A DNA stretch of 62,136 nucleotides from Candidatus Kaiserbacteria bacterium (GTDB taxonomy: Bacteria > Patescibacteriota > Minisyncoccia > Phycocordibacterales > UBA918). This document shows positions 27,733-36,048 of this stretch, one piece after another (position 1 is the stretch's first letter; each line of letters starts with the position of its first letter). The stretch is from positions 1 through 62,136 of the forward strand of contig JAGQMC010000048.1 in assembly GCA_020428815.1 (NCBI GenBank). Direction: 5' to 3'. The translations under genes were made by a program, and so were the position numbers. Under the pieces are notes generated by a model. The model did no database searches and had not been told where the DNA came from. It saw nothing but the letters and a program-made list of their open reading frames with translations.

Positions 27733-28710
27733 ATGATTATAATAATGAGGTTAATAACCACCCTATTTTTATTGATATTAGTCTTCACCGCTAGCCCGGC
27801 GGCTGCGCAGCTAAGTCCTTATGATTTAGCTGGTCGAGCAGTAGCGCCAGAGATAAGACTAGACCCTGAATTCCCAGAACCAAACGAGGAAGTCACCGCC
27901 ACTCTGACTAACTTTAATGATTACGCAATCAATACTACTATCACCTGGTTACTAGACGGGGTAAAAATAAGTGACACAAATAACGCGCTAAATATCTCCT
28001 TCAATGCTGGAGCTGAGAGGAAAACTCAAACCATCTCAGCTGTGATTGACCGGTCTAGTGGCCGCACTATTGCCAATCAGGACCTTAGACCGGCTTATCT
28101 AGATATTATTGTTGAACCACAAACCCACACCCCCAGTTTCTACCAAGGACGAGCTTTGCCGAGTAAAGGTAGTTTGGTAAACCTAACTGCTCTTCTAAGT
28201 GACAGTGACCTCTACCGCAACGGCCTCCTTTACACTTGGCGCGTTGGTCGAGTGGTTCTGAGTGGGGGACCAATCTACAACAATAACAAAGTGTCTTTTG
28301 AGGTGCCGTACGGACGAGATGTGGTCATTTCATTAGACATCACTACTCCAGATGGTATTACTGTAGCTGAGAAAAATATTATTGTGCCCTCAGTATCACC
28401 TTACCTGCGTTTTTACGAAGCCAGTTCATTGTTTGGCTTAAGAACCATCCCAACCACCAACTTAGTTTTGATTGGTAACAGCACAGCGGTACGAGCCGAA
28501 CCTTACCACCTAGACTCTAGAGTTTATAACGCACCGAGTATTGCTGAATGGGGAGTATCTGGTCAAGATTATTCTGACGTAGGTAGCAACCCTTACGAAA
28601 TCACCCTACAGAGAACCGACCAGACCGGCAGCAGCCGACTGACTTTTCAAGTGCGTGATATCCGAGAATTATTACAAGGAGCTAAGGGTAGTCTTAATTT
28701 GAGTTATTAA
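27733..28710 (+). CDS. hypothetical secreted beta-rich protein (T4SS-like cluster)
   Basis: Signal peptide MIIIMRLITTLFLLILVFTASPAAAQ (start 27733 or 27745), then repetitive Ig-like beta-strand sequence. The upstream 42 codons of the track ORF are not signal-like. Confidence 0.65.
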   Translation: MIIIMRLITTLFLLILVFTASPAAAQLSPYDLAGRAVAPEIRLDPEFPEPNEEVTATLTNFNDYAINTTITWLLDGVKISDTNNALNISFNAGAERKTQTISAVIDRSSGRTIANQDLRPAYLDIIVEPQTHTPSFYQGRALPSKGSLVNLTALLSDSDLYRNGLLYTWRVGRVVLSGGPIYNNNKVSFEVPYGRDVVISLDITTPDGITVAEKNIIVPSVSPYLRFYEASSLFGLRTIPTTNLVLIGNSTAVRAEPYHLDSRVYNAPSIAEWGVSGQDYSDVGSNPYEITLQRTDQTGSSRLTFQVRDIRELLQGAKGSLNLSY

Positions 28711-28712
28711 TT

Positions 28713-29900
28713 ATGAATCGCACATTACTTATCATCATCGGTGTAGTCATGGCTTTGGTACTTATCGCAGTCTGGGTGTACCTACTGTTCTTCAACCAAC
28801 CGGGGGGTGGTGACGATAATTTTGCAGATTTAAATTTTGCTAACACTGACCGAGAAGTAGTAGACGATACTTCGCCCACCTTTTCCGAAGAGGAAGCGTT
28901 GGTGGAAGTATCTGATGATAGTGTTTTAAAACAATTAACCACCGAACCAGTGATTGGTTTTCAAGAAGTGGCCGCAACCGCTAGTTCCACTCCAGTAGTC
29001 TATTACCTAAAACCAGGTACTGGACACATGATGTCGATTGACTTAGAAACCGGAGAAGAAGAAAGAGTCTCTGGTACCACCATCCCAAATGCGAGTCGGG
29101 GAGTAATCTCAATTACCGGACAATTAGTCTTGATTCAAGCTGGTCAAGGTCACCAAGCTGAATTGTTACTGGGTGAATTAAGTAGTAGTAGTGAGGAGTT
29201 AAAGTTGACCACCTTAAGTGAAACAGTTTTAGATTTTACCATCACTACAAATAATGAATTGCTTTACTTAGAAGGAGATGGTGGCTACACCACCATTAAA
29301 CAATACCAACCAGAAACTAAGACCACTAAGACCATCCTAACCATCCCATTTGCTGAAACAGCTATTACCTGGGGTAATGAGGTGGGGGGAGTGCACTACA
29401 TCTACCCCAAGGCTAGTGGGCAATTGGAGGGCTACCTGTACCAAGTAGCTAACGGAAAATTCTCTAGATTGCCAGTAGCTGGTTATGGTCTAACTGCTTA
29501 TGGTACCGCTGATTATGTAATCATCAGCCGGCAACTGACTGGTCGTTACCAATCAGCCATCTTCAACCGAACCTTAGATCAGACCAAACCACTAGAGATG
29601 GCTCTATTACCTGAAAAATGTGTTCTGGAAAACACTAAGTCTAGTTTTGTTTGTGCCGACTCGACCACCGCCCTTAAGACTGATATGCCAGATTTGTGGT
29701 ATGAGGGTGGTGTGTCTTACGTCGATAATTTCTGGCGTATTGACACCGCCTCGTCTTCAGCCAGTTTGTTGCTTGATACTAAAAAAGAATCGGGTCGAGA
29801 ATTAGATATTATAAACCTCGTCACCGGCCAAAACTCAGGTGATATTTACTTCCAAAACAAGAACGATCAAGCCTTGTGGTTATACCAAATTAGTCGTTAA
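28713..29900 (+). CDS. hypothetical signal-anchored protein, beta-propeller-like (T4SS-like cluster)
   Basis: 395 aa with TM helix LLIIIGVVMALVLIAVWVYLLF, then repeated strand-turn patterns. It starts 2 nt after the upstream stop. Confidence 0.65.
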   Translation: MNRTLLIIIGVVMALVLIAVWVYLLFFNQPGGGDDNFADLNFANTDREVVDDTSPTFSEEEALVEVSDDSVLKQLTTEPVIGFQEVAATASSTPVVYYLKPGTGHMMSIDLETGEEERVSGTTIPNASRGVISITGQLVLIQAGQGHQAELLLGELSSSSEELKLTTLSETVLDFTITTNNELLYLEGDGGYTTIKQYQPETKTTKTILTIPFAETAITWGNEVGGVHYIYPKASGQLEGYLYQVANGKFSRLPVAGYGLTAYGTADYVIISRQLTGRYQSAIFNRTLDQTKPLEMALLPEKCVLENTKSSFVCADSTTALKTDMPDLWYEGGVSYVDNFWRIDTASSSASLLLDTKKESGRELDIINLVTGQNSGDIYFQNKNDQALWLYQISR

Positions 29901-29921
29901 GGGCTTTGGTAAAATAAAGAT

Positions 29922-31166
29922 ATGATTTTAACACTACTAGTCAGCACCATCTTACTTACCCCAGCTGTGGTTTTCGGGGCTGATTATGTGCCCTTAGTGG
30001 GATTACCAGGAGTAGATGAGGGAGGTAATTTTGATAATTTTATCCAAACCCTCTACATTCTTTCCATCACCATTGCCGCCTTATTGGCAGTGATTAAGAT
30101 TGTGATTGCTGGGGTGAAGTGGATGTTGAGTGATGTGGTCACCTCAAAGGCTAATGCAAAAAAAGATATTAATGGTGCGCTGATTGGTTTGTTGGTGGTA
30201 CTAGGAGCAGTGGTAATCTTAACAGTAATCAACCCTGACATTACTAAAGTAGACCTAACCCTTGAACCAACCGAGATTGAAATCCCACCTGACACCGGCC
30301 CAACCGACGAAGAGCTGGCTGAGCAATTAGCTGAAATACAAGTGCAGGCGAGAGAAATCAATAAAACCTGTGACGAAGATGGTATTTGTACCAAGATTCC
30401 GGAAGCGGGTGATGTAACTGGGTATGAGCGACAGGAAATTACCAACCCAACTCAGGCTGAAGCTGAGGCAAATAATGGATCACGGGGGGATATTAATTCT
30501 GGTGGTTGGGGACCAAGTGATGAAGAAATTGCGGCTGAAATTGCTGCAGCTGAAGAAGCGGCTGAAGCTGAAGCTGTAGAAGCGGAGGAGGAGTTTATTA
30601 CCAATCATCCTCCTGGTGAAATGGAACCAATACCGGTAGTTATTGTTGGTAATACCACTGATACAAATGTTAACGAGAGTGGTGGTTATAACACATCTTG
30701 TGGAGATGCTGCGTGTTGTCCTGATGGTTCAAGACTTATGATAGGGGGTACAGGTGGGGGATTTTGTGTACCAGATGAAATTAGCGGTAACGATGTTGGT
30801 GACCTCAGTCAATATCCACCCGCAGAAACATCCACCTCAAATAATACTAATGGGACTAGCGCGGCCCAACTCTACGCCGAAGTATGTGCCCAACAAGGAT
30901 CCAACCTAACCGTCCAGTCGCTTTCAGGGGGTGGTTTCCGGTGTGTTTCAACTATCACTGGTGAGACAGCTTGTGAAGGTAGCGGTTTGAGTTTAGGTGG
31001 CTTACCAATCTGTGATCCAGTTAGTAACAACAATAGTTCTGTAAATACTGTGGATAATAGTAATTTAGTTGATTACTTTCAAGCCCTTAACGCCTTGAGA
31101 ATATCAATGTGTGGAGTGGATGGTCAGGCAATTTACTCTAATGGTACTGTGGTTGGTTGTAAATAA
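29922..31166 (+). CDS. T4SS pilin-like (VirB2/TrbC-type) N-domain fused to a ~300-aa acidic linker and Cys-rich C-terminal region
   Basis: Signal peptide (TPAVVFGADYVPLVGLP), then two helices (LYILSITIAALLAVIKIVIAGVKWM; GALIGLLVVLGAVVILTVINP), the hairpin typical of T4SS pilins. This is followed by an E/A-rich linker and 12 Cys. Confidence 0.6.
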   Translation: MILTLLVSTILLTPAVVFGADYVPLVGLPGVDEGGNFDNFIQTLYILSITIAALLAVIKIVIAGVKWMLSDVVTSKANAKKDINGALIGLLVVLGAVVILTVINPDITKVDLTLEPTEIEIPPDTGPTDEELAEQLAEIQVQAREINKTCDEDGICTKIPEAGDVTGYERQEITNPTQAEAEANNGSRGDINSGGWGPSDEEIAAEIAAAEEAAEAEAVEAEEEFITNHPPGEMEPIPVVIVGNTTDTNVNESGGYNTSCGDAACCPDGSRLMIGGTGGGFCVPDEISGNDVGDLSQYPPAETSTSNNTNGTSAAQLYAEVCAQQGSNLTVQSLSGGGFRCVSTITGETACEGSGLSLGGLPICDPVSNNNSSVNTVDNSNLVDYFQALNALRISMCGVDGQAIYSNGTVVGCK

Positions 31167-31190
31167 TAAATACTCAGTTTTTATAAATTA

Positions 31191-31213
31191 AAACCCACCA
31201 GCTGGTGGGTTTT
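31191..31213. terminator. bidirectional terminator between the pilin-like gene and yidC
   Basis: Palindrome aaacccaccagctggtgggttt, flanked by A and T runs. Confidence 0.75.
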
Positions 31214-31233
31214 ATGATTGGTAAAATCATATA

Positions 31234-31959
31234 TTAACGATGACGTTTTACATACAACTCTTGGGCAATCATTGTTAAATTGCTCACAAAGAAATATAAC
31301 GCGATAGCAGCAGAAATGGAGTAAGCAATAAAAGTAATAAAAATTGGCATCACATAACGCATCTGGGTTTGCATATTACGAGCAAAATCATCTTTTAAAC
31401 TCGGGGCAGCCTCTGGGTCACGCGGGGGAAGTTTGGGCATAGAGTAATTTACATGAATGAACTGGGTTACTCCAGCCGCTAGGGCTAGTAGCAAACTACG
31501 ACCAGTCATGTCTACCAAGCCAATAAAATTCATAGTGACCTCAACTGGGGCAGCCACAAAAGAGTAGAGTAAATCAACATTAATATCAGGCAGTGGCACA
31601 CCACCACCCTTTGACACCGCGAAATAAAGAGCAATGATGATTGGAATTTGTAGTAAAATCAAAAACACGCTAGCTAGAGGGTTCATGCCCGCTTCTTGGT
31701 AGACTGCCATCATTGCCTGAGCCTGCTCTTGTCGATCGTCTTTATGTTTTTCACGAATCTCTTTTAGTTTTGGTTCTATCTCACGCATTATTTTTTGCGT
31801 TTTAACCGCCTTAATTGAAACCGGGAAAAGAACCAACTTCACTAATAGAACGGTGGCTATAATTGCCAATCCTACATCGCCCGCTGGAATTACATCAATA
31901 AAAAAGACCAGTGTGTTGTAAACTGGGTCGAAGAAAAAAGTGTGCCATATATTTACCAT
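31234..31959 (-). CDS. yidC: YidC/Oxa1-family membrane insertase (short form)
   Basis: 241 aa with motifs GLAIIATVLLVKLVLFPVS, MREIEPKLKEIREKHKDDRQ, NPLASVFLILLQIPIIIALY. It sits in the rpmH-rnpA-yidC arrangement. Confidence 0.9.
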   Translation of the reverse strand: MVNIWHTFFFDPVYNTLVFFIDVIPAGDVGLAIIATVLLVKLVLFPVSIKAVKTQKIMREIEPKLKEIREKHKDDRQEQAQAMMAVYQEAGMNPLASVFLILLQIPIIIALYFAVSKGGGVPLPDINVDLLYSFVAAPVEVTMNFIGLVDMTGRSLLLALAAGVTQFIHVNYSMPKLPPRDPEAAPSLKDDFARNMQTQMRYVMPIFITFIAYSISAAIALYFFVSNLTMIAQELYVKRHR

Positions 31960-32035
31960 GGGCCCATTCTACGTATTTTTACTCTATTCGGCAAATCAAT
32001 TAGGTTATTTTAAACCTGTTTTAAAACTAAATTGA

Positions 32036-32368
32036 TTAGCTTTTATTCTGATAAAAATCTAAATAACTTATTAGGAGTTCTTCAGCTTTTTTGCGGGATA
32101 GGCTAGAGAAAGAAGGTTTTAAAATCACTATCAATACCCCAGAGTAAGCCTGGGCTTCGTAACACTTTCGCAATAAAGCGTAGACTCGTCTTTTATAGAG
32201 GTTTCTTTTTACTGCACTTTTGGCTACTTTTTTTGACACCACCACCGCTACCTTAAAGTCTGTATAAGGGTGGTTGATTATCGTACAGTGAGGGAAATGT
32301 TTTCTTTGACCAACCTTGAAGAAGTGGGTGAATTCACTCCGAGATAAACGTTGTGATTTTTTAAACAT
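32036..32368 (-). CDS. rnpA: ribonuclease P protein component
   Basis: 110 aa: KKSQRLSRSEFTHFF, VVVSKKVAKSAVKRNLYKRRV. Positioned between rpmH and yidC. Confidence 0.85.
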   Translation of the reverse strand: MFKKSQRLSRSEFTHFFKVGQRKHFPHCTIINHPYTDFKVAVVVSKKVAKSAVKRNLYKRRVYALLRKCYEAQAYSGVLIVILKPSFSSLSRKKAEELLISYLDFYQNKS

Positions 32369-32471
32369 AAAGAAACATTAACAAATCGTTAGTTTAAATT
32401 AAAGCTTTTGTTCTACAACACGCATCTCATCCCTGATATACGGAAGACAAAATTGTATTTACCATATAAAC

Positions 32472-32497
32472 AAAAAAGCTCGTTAGCGAGCTTTTTT
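32472..32497 (-). terminator. hairpin overlapping the rpmH stop (possible attenuator before rnpA)
   Basis: agctcg-ttag-cgagct, flanked by a6 and t6 runs. Confidence 0.45.
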
Positions 32498-32632
32498 AAC
32501 CGTTAGTTGAGCGCGTCCTTTACGTCGCCGAGCTTGTAGGATTTTCTTTCCTGTAGCTGTGGCAGAACGAACCAAGAAACCGTGGGTAGTGGCGCGCTTT
32601 CTTTTACTTGGTTGGTAAGTTCTCTTTGTCAT
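32483..32632 (-). CDS. rpmH: 50S ribosomal protein L34
   Basis: Not in the ORF track (49 aa). My translation is [49 protein letters not shown], a canonical L34. Confidence 0.9.
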   Translation of the reverse strand: MTKRTYQPSKRKRATTHGFLVRSATATGKKILQARRRKGRAQLTVKKAR

Positions 32633-32738
32633 AATCTAGATTTATTACCCGAGAACTATACAGGAAACTTTAAATAATTCAAGCCAATTTCATAAAACAC
32701 CAACTTGGTTTTATTGATGAAAATAGGAGAGAGAAGTT

Positions 32739-32850
32739 ATATCCACTTATTCACAGGTTATTAACAGTTGATTTTTTTGATTGAAAAAATGTGTTGTTAA
32801 TTTTTAATTTAAAAACAAAAATTTTACACTTTTCCACAAGAGAGTATAAT
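32739..32850 (+). promoter_or_regulatory. dnaA promoter region with DnaA-box-like sites
   Basis: ttattcaca (32747-32755) and ttttccaca (32830-32838) each match TTATCCACA at 8/9. atatccact (32739-32747) matches at 7/9. TATAAT lies at 32845-32850. Confidence 0.45.
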
Positions 32851-32876
32851 GCAAATTACCTTTCGATTTGATTAGT

Positions 32877-34262
32877 ATGAATCCAGCATCACATTCAACT
32901 GCCAGCAACAGCATAATCCAAACTGAACAAGTAGATGTAAAGCAACTTTGGGATGATGCTTTAGTAAAAATCGAACTCTCTATCACCACCGCCAACTTTA
33001 AAACTTGGTTCCGAGACACTCATATTATTTCACTTGAGGATGGTACCGCCACTATTGGAGTACCAAGTGTGTTTGTTAAAGATTGGTTGCAAGACAAATT
33101 CAATAATATGATTCTAAAAACCCTTCGTGACCTCACCCCACACGTCCGGAGTGTTGAATACACTGTAGCGCAACGTAATGACAAGAAACAAGAATCAAAT
33201 AAGAAACAGACAGTAAACGCTGCCCTACCACTAGAGGACTACTACATCAATAAGACTGATAATTTAAATCCTAAATATTCTTTTAACACCTTTGTGGTTG
33301 GTCCTTATAATGCGCTTGCTCACGCCGCTGCCAAGACGGTTAGTGAGAAGCCTGGTATAACCTACAATCCACTCTTCATTTATGGTAAGACTGGTCATGG
33401 TAAAACTCACTTAATTCAAGCGGTAGGTAACCAAATTAAAAAAACTGGTAAGAAAGTTTTTTATGTTACCAGTGAGCGCTTTGCGGTAGATTACTTCAAC
33501 GCTCTACAGAGTGGTAGCGCAAATAGTTTCAAGGATAGATATCGTCAGTATGATGTTTTGATTATGGACGACGTTCAATTCTTAGCCACAAAAGAGAAGA
33601 CTCAGGAGGAGCTATTCCATTTATTTAATGCTCTACATGATAATAATAAACAGATTGTTTTCTCTAGCGATCAACACCCAGCACTACTTAATGGTTTAGA
33701 AGAAAGACTCCAGTCACGCTTCCAACAAGGGATGATTGTTGACTTACCAGCACCAGACCTAGAATCACGAGCAGCGATTTTAATCGCTAAAGCTGCTCAA
33801 AATAACATCACCCTACAAGATGATGTGGTTGATCACCTCGCCCAAACAATTGAAGGTAATGTTCGTGAACTAGAAGGGGCGTTAAACACTATTATGTGTC
33901 AATCACAGTTATTAGGTCGCACCCTATCAATTGATGAGGTGAGAACAATAATTAAAAATAGTTCTCGACCACGTAAAAATCTAGCAATTGCTGATGTGGT
34001 AGATAAAGTGGCTCGTTATTACGATATTGATCAAGCGAGTATTTATGAAAAAACTCGTCGAAAGGAAGTGGTGAAACCAAGACAAATTATTATGTATATC
34101 CTACGGGAAGATTTTCAAGTGTCTTATCCAGCTATCGGTAAAAAATTAGGTGGGAGAGACCACACTACCGTCATCCACTCTTGTGAAAAAATTAAAACTG
34201 AACTAAAAAGTAATAGTGAGTTGGAGGAGGAAATAACTCAAGTGAGGCTACTCTTAAAATAA
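32877..34262 (+). CDS. dnaA: chromosomal replication initiator DnaA
   Basis: Walker A GKTGHGKTHL, Walker B LIMDDVQFL, sensor/box VII VFSSDQHP and LQSRFQQGMIVDL, and C-terminal DNA-binding GKKLGGRDHTTVIHSCEKI. The ATG at 32877 is preferred over the TTG at 32868. Confidence 0.95.
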   Translation: MNPASHSTASNSIIQTEQVDVKQLWDDALVKIELSITTANFKTWFRDTHIISLEDGTATIGVPSVFVKDWLQDKFNNMILKTLRDLTPHVRSVEYTVAQRNDKKQESNKKQTVNAALPLEDYYINKTDNLNPKYSFNTFVVGPYNALAHAAAKTVSEKPGITYNPLFIYGKTGHGKTHLIQAVGNQIKKTGKKVFYVTSERFAVDYFNALQSGSANSFKDRYRQYDVLIMDDVQFLATKEKTQEELFHLFNALHDNNKQIVFSSDQHPALLNGLEERLQSRFQQGMIVDLPAPDLESRAAILIAKAAQNNITLQDDVVDHLAQTIEGNVRELEGALNTIMCQSQLLGRTLSIDEVRTIIKNSSRPRKNLAIADVVDKVARYYDIDQASIYEKTRRKEVVKPRQIIMYILREDFQVSYPAIGKKLGGRDHTTVIHSCEKIKTELKSNSELEEEITQVRLLLK

Positions 34263-34265
34263 TAA

Positions 34266-34292
34266 AAAACACTCAAAATTGAGTGTTTTTTA
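34266..34292 (+). terminator. dnaA terminator
   Basis: cactca-aaat-tgagtg within aaaaacactcaaaattgagtgtttttt. Confidence 0.7.
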
Positions 34293-34648
34293 TTATTTAT
34301 TTAATCCCTAATAGTGGTTAGTTTGGAGTTTTTTAGTTATTTTTTAAGTTAGAAAAAGATTTAAAAAATCAATGTTTGTAAGGTGTGTAAAAGACTGTAT
34401 AGGGTTGGGTAAATAAAAAAAATACCATGTTTAAAAGTTATATTTTTTAATTTTTTATCAACAATTTAAGTGTTGTTGGTTGGATAAAATTTATGTATCC
34501 ACAACCCTAACCACAAAAACTCAGTCTTAAACAACAGTGTGGTGGGGAGTAATCTTTAAAATAAAATGTTGCAACACACCACATTTTAGACTTTTGCACA
34601 CTTCCACACCCCTAATAATAAAGAGTAAAATAGTTTAAAATAAAAAAT
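34293..34648. other. probable oriC (dnaA-dnaN intergenic region)
   Basis: A 356-bp very AT-rich spacer with long A/T tracts. DnaA-box-like gtatccaca (34495-34503) matches at 8/9 and gttggataa (34479-34487, reverse) at 7/9. The position between dnaA and dnaN is classical for oriC. Confidence 0.45.
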
Positions 34649-35743
34649 ATGGAGATAACTATTCCACACAATGAATTACTTAAAGCCTTAGAGTTGGTTA
34701 GTAGAGTGAGTACTAAACATGTCACTTTACCAATCTTACAATGTGTTCGTTTAGAAGCCACTAATAATGGGATATTACTACAAGCAACCAATTTAGAAAT
34801 TGCAGTAGAAATTCCTATTAACGGAAAGGTGGTTGAGGAGGGAGTGGTGGCAGTTCCAGCTCAAACTTTTCTACAAAGTATTCAATATATATCTCAAAAA
34901 GACCTTACAATCAGAACTGAAGAGCAGCTACTTCAACTAGAGACTGATTCTAGTAACACATCAATTAAAACCTTTTCTGTAGATGAATTTCCCAATTTAA
35001 GTAAGTTGGAGGGGGAGGAATTATTATTGCAAGGTAAAATGTTTTCTTATGGGATAAAAAGTGTCGCCTTTGCTGCTTCACAAACCTCGATTAAACCAGA
35101 GTTAGGTAGTGTGTTTATTCAACAAAAAAAAGAACATTCATTAACTTTCGTAGCTACCGACTCTTTTCGGTTGATGGAAAAGACGGTGTCTCAAAAAGAT
35201 TTAATATTAGATCAGTCATTGATGGTACCGCAAAAAAATGCTCTAGAATTAGCGCGAATAATTGATTTTGTTGATGATAACCCAATCTTTATTGTTAATG
35301 ACAATCAGTGTGCTTTAAAGTTTCCTAATGGTGTTTATATATCATCACGTTTAGTGTCTGGTAATTTTCCTGATTATGTACAGATTATCCCTAAGGAGTA
35401 TTCAACCCATGTTACGGTCTTAAAAGACGATCTACAACAAGCGTTTAAAAAAACTAATATATTTTTAAATAAATTTAGACAAGTATCTCTCTTGGTTACT
35501 AAAAATAGTTTAACTATCTCTTCACAAAATAATGAAGTTGGTCATACAACCGACACATTAAAAGCGCAGGTGGAAGGAGATGAGATTACTTTAAACTTCA
35601 ACCAACAGTATATTATGGACCCACTTAGTCATATAAATGATGATTCTTTAAAACTTAGTTTTGCTGGGGTGGGCCGAGCGATGGTTATACAAGGGGTTAG
35701 TGATAAAAATTTACGTTACCTTGTGATGCCAATGAATAAATAA
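34649..35743 (+). CDS. dnaN: DNA polymerase III beta sliding clamp
   Basis: 364 aa with the three-domain clamp pattern (LPILQCVRLEA; LTFVATDSFRL; GNFPDY; MVIQG...YLVMPMN). Directly downstream of dnaA. Confidence 0.95.
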   Translation: MEITIPHNELLKALELVSRVSTKHVTLPILQCVRLEATNNGILLQATNLEIAVEIPINGKVVEEGVVAVPAQTFLQSIQYISQKDLTIRTEEQLLQLETDSSNTSIKTFSVDEFPNLSKLEGEELLLQGKMFSYGIKSVAFAASQTSIKPELGSVFIQQKKEHSLTFVATDSFRLMEKTVSQKDLILDQSLMVPQKNALELARIIDFVDDNPIFIVNDNQCALKFPNGVYISSRLVSGNFPDYVQIIPKEYSTHVTVLKDDLQQAFKKTNIFLNKFRQVSLLVTKNSLTISSQNNEVGHTTDTLKAQVEGDEITLNFNQQYIMDPLSHINDDSLKLSFAGVGRAMVIQGVSDKNLRYLVMPMNK

Positions 35744-35748
35744 TACTT

Positions 35749-36048
35749 ATGGAAGATAACTACAAATCCCCTAAAAAAATGAAAAAGCTTGGGGAATTGT
35801 TTAGTGTCTACAAAACCCGTTTTAAAGCTCCACAGGCCACGGTAGAGAAGGTTTTTATAGAAACTGTAAGAGAGGTGTTAGGTTACCAAATTGAATCAAA
35901 AAATGTTTCTTATACAACCTCCACTAAAACCATCTCTCTACAACTACCTAGTCTCTTAAAAAACGAAATAAAATTAAAAGAAAAAGAAGTTTTAAATCAA
36001 CTAAAAAATAAAATAGGGGAAGTTGAATCCCCTAAATTTATCATTTAA
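35749..36048 (+). CDS. small DUF721/DciA-like protein
   Basis: 99 aa after dnaN. The size, position and the pattern ...VSYTTSTKTISLQLPSLLKNEIKLKEKEVLNQL resemble DUF721. The assignment is weak. Confidence 0.45.
   Translation: MEDNYKSPKKMKKLGELFSVYKTRFKAPQATVEKVFIETVREVLGYQIESKNVSYTTSTKTISLQLPSLLKNEIKLKEKEVLNQLKNKIGEVESPKFII

Noticed and set aside
30469-30500. RGD tripeptide (GSRGDINS) in the pilin-like protein as an integrin-binding motif
   Set aside because: A tripeptide is expected by chance at this protein length, and there is no supporting context.
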